Origin: Kiritimatiellia bacterium
GTDB lineage: Bacteria; Verrucomicrobiota; Kiritimatiellia; RFP12; UBA1067
Direction of reading: 5' to 3'
Assembly: GCA_017628025.1 (NCBI GenBank)
Contig: JAGBZX010000041.1
Coordinates: 1-60,834 of the forward strand
DNA: 60,834 nt
Positions 38,687 through 45,485 of the stretch are shown piece by piece (within the stretch, counting starts at the first letter, position 1; every line of letters starts with the position of its first letter). Made by a program: the position numbers and the translations under genes. The notes under the pieces were generated by a model. That model had not been told where the DNA came from. It saw nothing but the letters and a program-made list of their open reading frames with translations, and ran no database searches.

Positions 38687-39706
38687 TCAGCCAAGCTGAC
38701 GAAGAAACCTAATATCGTTCTCGTATAGCCACCTAATATCTGGAATGCCATACTTAATCATCGCGATACGTTCAACACCAAAACCAAAAGCATAGCCAGA
38801 AACTGCACTTGGATCATACCCAACATGTTTAAAGACTCGAGGATCTACCATACCAGCACCAGCTACTTCAATCCAACCAGAATCTTTACATACTCTGCAT
38901 CCTGAGCCTTTGCAAACGTGACAAGAAAAGTCTACTTCAACCGAAGGCTCAGTGAATGGGAAGAAGTGAGGTCTAAATCTAACCTTAACAGAATCACCCA
39001 TCATTTCGCGAGCAAAATATGCCAAAACACTCTTTAAATCTGCTAGCGAAACAGGTTTCTTAGGCAGATTATCAACATAAAGTCCTTCAATTTGATGGAA
39101 GTTGGCAGAATGTGTCGCATCAGTTGTATCGCGTCTATATGTGCGCCCAGGACAAATAATACGAATCGGTGGTTTTGCCGACATCATAGCACGAATTTGA
39201 ACGGGAGATGTTTGAGTACGAAGTAGGCAATCATCGCCAAACCAAAATGTATCACTACGATCCATTGATGGATGATGAGGTGGAGTATTAAGAGCGGTAA
39301 AGTTATTGAACTTATTTTCTAACTCTGGACCATCTGCCACAGTAAAGCCAAGTTTACCGAATATCTCAGCAGTTTCTTCGATAACTCTAGAAAGCGGATG
39401 TTTTATGCCTGGTTCATACCACATACCAGGTTGTGTTAGATCACATTCTACGTGATTCTCTTTTGTAGAGGATGCAATTTTAGCCTGTAGAGCCTCTTCA
39501 AATGAAGCTTTCCACGCCTGCACGGCTTTACCAAAGGCAGGACGTTCTTCTTTAGGAACATCCTTCATTGATTTAATGATAGCAGGAATTAAGCCATTGC
39601 GCCCTAAATACTTAACACGCAAGGCCTCAAGAGCCTGAGCAGTATCTGCTGAAGCAACTTCCTGAAGAGAAATTTCACTAGATTTTTCTAATTCGCACAA
39701 GTCCAT
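38687..39706 (-). CDS. pheS: Phenylalanine-tRNA ligase alpha subunit
   Basis: LRTQTSPVQIR, DATHS..FHQIEG, RFRPHFFPFTEPS, AFGFGVER. Confidence 0.97.
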   Translation of the reverse strand: MDLCELEKSSEISLQEVASADTAQALEALRVKYLGRNGLIPAIIKSMKDVPKEERPAFGKAVQAWKASFEEALQAKIASSTKENHVECDLTQPGMWYEPGIKHPLSRVIEETAEIFGKLGFTVADGPELENKFNNFTALNTPPHHPSMDRSDTFWFGDDCLLRTQTSPVQIRAMMSAKPPIRIICPGRTYRRDTTDATHSANFHQIEGLYVDNLPKKPVSLADLKSVLAYFAREMMGDSVKVRFRPHFFPFTEPSVEVDFSCHVCKGSGCRVCKDSGWIEVAGAGMVDPRVFKHVGYDPSAVSGYAFGFGVERIAMIKYGIPDIRWLYENDIRFLRQLG

Positions 39707-39824
39707 CTTCTACTCCGTTTTTAGATTGTGTTAGTATATCATAAATTCCTATATTTTTGTTCGCAACACTAACAAAAAAGCAAAATCTCAACTAACTGTG
39801 ATATCCAAAAGTAAATGCCGACCG

Positions 39825-40160
39825 CTACGCGGCGAGCGCATCACGCTCATCATCATACTCATTACAAGTACGTTTTGCGGGAGTGATAGTCTCAATCGCA
39901 AGACCTTTTTCCTTTATGGTGGAAAAAAATTCACCAGTTGTAATACCATCTTGCAAGACGCCGACTTGATTTCCACAATCGTCATAAAGAAACACCGATT
40001 CTCGCGTTATATTCTCTGATACAGTTATTTGCCTCGTCATCCTTGATGCCGAACCTTCATAAAAATAAGTCGTTATTCCAATCGGTGTTGTTTGGGATGT
40101 CATTCTCCCCAAGAGGTCATATGTAGATACAGAGTTAGTGACAACTCCGTAATCGTAGTG
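39825..40160 (-). pseudogene. Orphan YD/Rhs-repeat gene fragment
   Basis: TYDLLGRMTSQTTP.G.TTY.Y, FLYDDCGN, EYD repeats; no credible start, far shorter than an Rhs protein. Confidence 0.65.
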
Positions 40161-40171
40161 TTGCCTTGTTG

Positions 40172-40238
40172 AATGTTGCCAGTGTTGCCAATGTTGCCAG
40201 TTTCCAATTGGCAATTGGTATTGGTAATTGGCAACATT
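40172..40238. repeat. Tandem TGTTGCCAR x3 plus AATGTTGCCA...TGGCAACATT hairpin
   Basis: Seen directly; lies 10 bp from 28-bp site copy 4. Confidence 0.75.
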
Positions 40239-40248
40239 TTTAAATAAA

Positions 40249-40276
40249 ATGAGAATCACCTGCGGAAAAATCTCAA
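40249..40276 (-). repeat. 28-bp 11-6-11 site, copy 4 (TTGAGATTTTT-CCGCAG-GTGATTCTCAT)
   Basis: Reverse-orientation match to the sites at 4162-4648. A left-arm half site (TTGAGATTTTG) lies at 39781-39791 on the other side of the Rhs fragment. Confidence 0.75.
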
Positions 40277-40326
40277 AACAATTACTACATTGAGATTTTT
40301 AATGTTGTTTTGATATAATACGCACT

Positions 40327-40683
40327 ATGCAAGAGATAGATTTTACAAAAGATACATTTTCAGATATATTAGCCCGCGATAGACGTTATGACGCAAAAGC
40401 ATACGCTCTTTTACTAGAGGCTTTTTCTATAATCCCTGGTTCCACAAACATCTCATACGCGGAGATTCTTGACGCTTTTAAAGAAGTCTGTCTCACTCAA
40501 TTCGGTCCTCTTGCATATACCGTCTTAACCGAATGGGGGCTTAAAGAGTGCATCGATATTGGAGAGATGATGTTTAATCTCGTCGAGTCTGGCCGCCTAG
40601 CTAAAAATGACGGAGATAACTACGAAGATTTTAGAAATGGCTACAGCTTTAAAGAAGCCTTTATTGATCCTTTTAAAGCTTAA
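40327..40683 (+). CDS. Minf_1886-like PVC conserved hypothetical protein
   Basis: D.RY...AY, QFGPLA.TVL.EWG....DIGEMMFNLVE.G.L.K...D..EDF; leaderless-type promoter at 40311-40319. Confidence 0.8.
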   Translation: MQEIDFTKDTFSDILARDRRYDAKAYALLLEAFSIIPGSTNISYAEILDAFKEVCLTQFGPLAYTVLTEWGLKECIDIGEMMFNLVESGRLAKNDGDNYEDFRNGYSFKEAFIDPFKA

Positions 40684-41546
40684 TGACCTGAACGCTTTTT
40701 GATTTTTAAATAATCAAAGCGATTTTTATAAAAATCAACTAAAACCTTTCGCGGCAAAAATCCTAAACCTCCATTTTGAGAAGCTCCTATAAAACTATCT
40801 AAATTATTGTTATTGCGCTGAACCTGCCAAAGAACATCTAGTAATTGCCTTGCAGCTACTCTATCTCCTTCGACTCGGCCGTAAGAAGCACCAAAACATA
40901 GGAGCCAGCCTGATCTTAAGCGTTTTTCTACAAGCTCTCGCTCTTTATCTATTTTGCGTAAAAACCCGTTTACTTTGTAATTATTTTGAAATTCACCATC
41001 ATAGCGAACAACTTTCCTACGAGAGCCTTCGATGAGGACTTTCTTCTCAACGCTCTTTTTCTGCATTTCTACGCGTTTTACTTTCTTTTTGACCTTTCGT
41101 ACCTCAGTATTTTCACTAGTTGCCAGCACGTCATCTTCAAAAAGACTTTCTAATTCACCGCTAGCAACTTCGACTTCAACCTCTTCTTCAATTTCTACAG
41201 GCACTTCTTCTTCAACTGTTTCTGTCTTGTACTCCCCTTCAGACATCTCAACTCGATAACCCGACTGCGTTTTTAAAAATTGCTCCCAAGGCACAACGGG
41301 ATTTGTAGCCTGACAAGAATTAATGCGAATTACTGTACCATAACGCTCTACTTTATAAGGAGGCTCGATAAATTTGCCATTAATAAAGACAAGCCCCGTT
41401 GTGATAGGTGAACCGATTCGGACTTTAAGCTTTTCTACTGCTCCTATATCAGGTTGTGTAAAAGAACTCTTAACTTGTTGCTGCGCAAAAACACTAAAAA
41501 AACACGTAAATAAAAGAATAAAAAAGATCCCACATTGCCGTAGCAC
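40680..41546 (-). CDS. Exported hypothetical protein
   Basis: Long ORF with a signal peptide after the GTG at 41546 (VLRQCGIFFILLF...VFA). The track's upstream extension overlaps the 6S-like RNA. Confidence 0.65.
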   Translation of the reverse strand: MLRQCGIFFILLFTCFFSVFAQQQVKSSFTQPDIGAVEKLKVRIGSPITTGLVFINGKFIEPPYKVERYGTVIRINSCQATNPVVPWEQFLKTQSGYRVEMSEGEYKTETVEEEVPVEIEEEVEVEVASGELESLFEDDVLATSENTEVRKVKKKVKRVEMQKKSVEKKVLIEGSRRKVVRYDGEFQNNYKVNGFLRKIDKERELVEKRLRSGWLLCFGASYGRVEGDRVAARQLLDVLWQVQRNNNNLDSFIGASQNGGLGFLPRKVLVDFYKNRFDYLKIKKRSGH

Positions 41547-41645
41547 AGAGTCCCCGGAACCAGTATTAATAAAGCTAGAGCTTGCGCCCCGTTTTAAAAT
41601 GTCGGTCGAAGAAATTTCTGCTAAATCCGCGTGCAACACAGGACC
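41526..41645 (-). ncRNA. Compact 6S RNA-like rod (~120 nt)
   Basis: Closing stem GGUCCUGUGUUGC/GCAAUGUGGGAUC with G-U pairs valid only on the minus strand. Inner helices UAGCA/UGCUA, UUCUUCG/CGGGGA, ACC/GGU. A/U-rich central bubble, apical GGGGC-GCAA-GCUCU, then a U-run. Directly downstream of pheT. Confidence 0.65.
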
Positions 41646-41651
41646 TACGCC

Positions 41652-44024
41652 TTACTGAAATTGTTTTACAGCTTCTACAATCTTATCAAACGCTTGACCT
41701 ACTTCTTCGTCAGTCAATGTGCGTTCAGGACTGCGGAACTCAAGCGAATACGCCCTAGAATCTTTAAAGACGTCAAAAAGCTCAACCTTAACGAGATTCT
41801 TGCCGCCGTTAGCGCGTATAACTTGAGTAATTTCGCTATCCTTAACACCCTTCTTAGCCTTAACAGCAATATCACGCATTACTCCTGGGAACTGAGGAAC
41901 AGGCGAAACCTTTCCAGTCTCAGAAGTATGCTTAAGAAGCATCTTAACTTCTAATTCTGCTAAAACTAGTTGGGTTGTAAGACGGAAAGGATGACGATGC
42001 GCCGCGTCTACCGCGCCTAAAACACCAATAGCCTTACCGTTTAATTTGATCTCAAGAGCTGCGGCAAATGGCTTGCGATTAACAGGTGAAAACTCAACCT
42101 TGCCAGCATGAAGACGCTTTAGAAGCAACTCTACAGCACCCTTCATCCAAAGGACAGCCTCTTCTTCTCCAAGCTGAGGACGACGGCGAAGAATCTCGCG
42201 ACCAACAGGCCCACAGAAACCAAGACAGAGCATTTGCTTTTCGCACGGCCTATCGTTTGCGGTAAAGAACACCTTACCAGTTTCAAAAAGCATCACGCCA
42301 TTAGGCTCGTGAGAAGCATTGCGACCTAATGTCTGATACATTTGTGGCATCAAACTTGGACGCATCACACCATACTCTACAGAGACTGGATCTGGTATTA
42401 CAAGTCGCGAGGATGCGTTAGAATCGTCAAAATCATCTAACTCTCTAGCGCTTAAGAACGAATAATGCATCGCTTGACTAAAACCAAGCGACATACAGAG
42501 TTCTGAAACGCGTGAAAGCGCTTTAAATGGCTTTTCATCAAGCGTGGAAACACTTGGAGCAGAAGGCATCTCGTCGGGAATATTGTCTAGCCCATAGAGT
42601 CTAGCGGCCTCCTCTGCTAAATCTGCTTCAAGTGATATATCCCAACGCCATGACGGGACTTTAAAAACAGCTTTCGTTTCATCTTTTGAGACTAGTTTTA
42701 AATCAACAGATTCAAGAAGCGAAACCATCTTGTCATTAGACAAATCAATACCGATAAGAGCTCTAACTCTATCAAAGTTAAGTTCAACATCGTCGTTAAG
42801 AGGCATTGTTCTATTATCAACATCAATTACCCCGCGAGCAATTTTAGCATCTCCATATTTCTGAAGGAGGTGCGCTGCACGACGAGATGCAAAATCTGCA
42901 ATGTCTTTATCGACGCCACGAATGTATCTATAGGAAGCCTCACTTGAAATACCAAGCTTAGTAGCCGTATACTTCGTCGAGGCTGGGTCGAAAAGAGCAC
43001 TTTCTAACATTACGCTACGAGTAACTTGAGCAATCTCCGATTCTTCGCCACCCATAACGCCTGCCACTGCATTAGGCTTTTCGGCATCACAAATAACAAG
43101 CATCGAAGTATCAAGCTCTCTATCAATACCATCGAGAGTTTTGATTTTCTCGCCATCACGCGCAGTTCTAACGACAATAGTTCTATCTTTTAATGTCGTG
43201 TGATCAAAGGCATGTAAAGGAGCGCCAAGTTCCATTAAAACATAGTTTGTAACGTCTACCACAAGCCCTAGGCTACGCATACCACAAAGCTCAAGACGCT
43301 TAGCAATTAATTCAGGTGAAGGCCCATCATTGACAGATGTAATAACACGAGCTGTGTAACGCGGACATTTTAGAGTATCTTCTACTTGAACCTTTACTTC
43401 ATTAGTAACATCTTCATCACTTTCAACGAAGTCAACTTCAGGCCATTTCCATGGACGACCTAAAATCGCGGCAAAATCGCGAGCAATACCGATAACAGAA
43501 AGAGCATCTGGGCGATTCCACGTAACCTCAATATCAAGAACAACCTCTGGCTTTTCTAGAGAAACAACATCGCGAACGAGCGTTCCTGCTTTTATATCGC
43601 TCGAAAACTCCATAATCCCGGAGTGGTCGTCTCCAAGCTTAAGTTCTTTAGAAGAGCAGCACATACCAAACGACTCAACGCCGCGAAGCTTGCCCTTTTT
43701 GATTTTAAAACCACCTTCTGGAACAACTGCACCAATTTTTGCAAAAGCCGTTTTAATACCCTTGCGCATATTTGGCGCACCGCACACGACTTGATATTCT
43801 TCAGTGCCGTCAGAAACTTTGCAAACGTGAAGATGATCACTATTTGGGTGATCTTCGCATTCAAGCACATCTACAACAACGAAAAGCTCTGAAAGAAGTT
43901 CTTGTCCGATAGTTTCAATCGTCTCAACTTGAAGTCCTGCGCGAGTAAGTTTTTCTGCTAATTCTTCTGGCTTTATATCATCAATCTTTACAAATTCATT
44001 AAGCCAACTCAGGGGCACTCTCAT
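41652..44024 (-). CDS. pheT: Phenylalanine-tRNA ligase beta subunit
   Basis: MRVPLSWL, HPNSDHL, VCGAPN, NRPDALS..GIAR, VDVTNYV..ELG.PLHAFD, C-terminal FDX-ACB. Confidence 0.97.
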   Translation of the reverse strand: MRVPLSWLNEFVKIDDIKPEELAEKLTRAGLQVETIETIGQELLSELFVVVDVLECEDHPNSDHLHVCKVSDGTEEYQVVCGAPNMRKGIKTAFAKIGAVVPEGGFKIKKGKLRGVESFGMCCSSKELKLGDDHSGIMEFSSDIKAGTLVRDVVSLEKPEVVLDIEVTWNRPDALSVIGIARDFAAILGRPWKWPEVDFVESDEDVTNEVKVQVEDTLKCPRYTARVITSVNDGPSPELIAKRLELCGMRSLGLVVDVTNYVLMELGAPLHAFDHTTLKDRTIVVRTARDGEKIKTLDGIDRELDTSMLVICDAEKPNAVAGVMGGEESEIAQVTRSVMLESALFDPASTKYTATKLGISSEASYRYIRGVDKDIADFASRRAAHLLQKYGDAKIARGVIDVDNRTMPLNDDVELNFDRVRALIGIDLSNDKMVSLLESVDLKLVSKDETKAVFKVPSWRWDISLEADLAEEAARLYGLDNIPDEMPSAPSVSTLDEKPFKALSRVSELCMSLGFSQAMHYSFLSARELDDFDDSNASSRLVIPDPVSVEYGVMRPSLMPQMYQTLGRNASHEPNGVMLFETGKVFFTANDRPCEKQMLCLGFCGPVGREILRRRPQLGEEEAVLWMKGAVELLLKRLHAGKVEFSPVNRKPFAAALEIKLNGKAIGVLGAVDAAHRHPFRLTTQLVLAELEVKMLLKHTSETGKVSPVPQFPGVMRDIAVKAKKGVKDSEITQVIRANGGKNLVKVELFDVFKDSRAYSLEFRSPERTLTDEEVGQAFDKIVEAVKQFQ

Positions 44025-45354
44025 CTTTAACCTCCTCAACCTTCTTCTCCGAAGGCTCTTCTATAATTGATTCTGCCGCTACTTCTAGATCTGTAGCTTT
44101 TGATGATTCTTTCTTGTCTTTACGCCATGACGGCCCATACTTAGGAAATTTCTCGACAGCAGCATAAGCACCATTTGTAAAATTAATTACATGACCAGTT
44201 GTCACAAGCCACTGAAGATGCTTCTCGTCATCTGGCTCATTTACAATCTCGTTTTTAAATCTGCAAGGATTTTCTGCGATAAATACTGCTATCTTTCTAA
44301 GTTCAGGTATCGCGTGTTCAACATCTAAGGGTTTGTATTCAATTGAAGAAACAAACTCTTGACCATGAGAATCATTAACTCTAAAGAAGTGCATCTTGCG
44401 ATAATGAAACGCTCCATGTAGCGCAAAACACATCGCTCTTGGCGAAAGCCTCTCATCATGAAGCGCCTTGCGTGCCGCAATAGCAAGCGGCTTAAACGGC
44501 GACGACATCGCCTTCTCTGCCGTGATCATAAGATTTTTAGGGGCACTAATTAAGGAAGGAAGATAATTAATCTTAAAGCGCCCTTCTGCTTGTTCACGCG
44601 TCAGATTATATACCTCGTCTTCGCCTGCGCCTTTTAATCTATACAAGGTTTTCTTGCATGAACTATTGCGCCAAGCCTCAATAGCCTCAGCATCACGAAC
44701 AATTTCAATATGAGAACGATATTCCTGTTCGCTCATATTAGGATAACGCGTGCGAATAATTTCACGAATATTGGAATTATAATCATGAATATTAGGCGGC
44801 CCAATATAAATACCAGATAAACCGCACTTAGCTACACAAGAAAAATTGCCTTTTGGCGGCTCAATTTCTACTTCAGAAAATTCAAAGTAGTCTTCAAGAT
44901 GCGCAGAAAGTATATGCTGAGAAACTTCATCTGCTGAAGGTGAAGCAAAACCGCAAACCTTGCACTGATGGAACGATACTTTATCTTTAGGAACAACCTT
45001 AAGCAAAACAGAAGAAGGATTGTCTAGGAAAAAATACGCTAAATCTTTAAGCTTAAAAGCGTGAGTATCATGCTGAAGCTTTTTAATTATTGTACCAAGC
45101 GCTTTTGTGTCAGGCAAAACTTTAATATCAGCCGTAAAAGGCGGCAATTGTTCAAACTTCGGCCTAGGAGCTTGTGAACGCGAAAAAGATTTCTTTTTCG
45201 CATTGAAGCGGCCTTCGGTTTGACGAGGTTTTTCGCCAGTACGCTCCTCGCTAAGTGGACGCGTTTTACCAATATTAACGCCAGCGTCTTTCTTCGCCCA
45301 ATCTGGTGTAAAGTCAAACGCCCCAATTGAAAGTTTAGTATCTTCTATTTCCAT
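43999..45354 (-). CDS. Conserved-looking hypothetical protein with a C2H2-like Zn motif
   Basis: Long ORF with CKVC...HILSAH; the start ATG 45354 lies 7 bp after TGATATAAT (45362-45370). Confidence 0.75.
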   Translation of the reverse strand: MEIEDTKLSIGAFDFTPDWAKKDAGVNIGKTRPLSEERTGEKPRQTEGRFNAKKKSFSRSQAPRPKFEQLPPFTADIKVLPDTKALGTIIKKLQHDTHAFKLKDLAYFFLDNPSSVLLKVVPKDKVSFHQCKVCGFASPSADEVSQHILSAHLEDYFEFSEVEIEPPKGNFSCVAKCGLSGIYIGPPNIHDYNSNIREIIRTRYPNMSEQEYRSHIEIVRDAEAIEAWRNSSCKKTLYRLKGAGEDEVYNLTREQAEGRFKINYLPSLISAPKNLMITAEKAMSSPFKPLAIAARKALHDERLSPRAMCFALHGAFHYRKMHFFRVNDSHGQEFVSSIEYKPLDVEHAIPELRKIAVFIAENPCRFKNEIVNEPDDEKHLQWLVTTGHVINFTNGAYAAVEKFPKYGPSWRKDKKESSKATDLEVAAESIIEEPSEKKVEEVKDESAPELA

Positions 45355-45457
45355 GTGTTGAATTATATCAAATTGCCTAAAAACTAGCAATAATTCTTGC
45401 TAATGTGTAAGTATTTTTGAAATCTTACGAAAATCGCTTTATTTTCATAAAGAGACT

Positions 45458-45477
45458 TTATTGAACGCGTTCAATAA
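45458..45477. promoter_or_regulatory. Perfect 20-bp palindrome TTATTGAACGCGTTCAATAA (operator or terminator)
   Basis: Seen directly, 8 bp past the stop of the 855-aa gene. Confidence 0.5.
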
Positions 45478-45485
45478 TATGGATT

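Noticed and set aside
40160-40259. N-terminus of the 144-aa ORF (NWQHWQHWQH) as a real peptide or RiPP repeat
   Set aside because: It is the translation of a DNA tandem repeat/hairpin and of the 28-bp site.
41547-41639. Track N-terminal extension of ORF 40680..41639
   Set aside because: It overlaps the structured 6S-like RNA; a signal peptide begins at GTG 41546.
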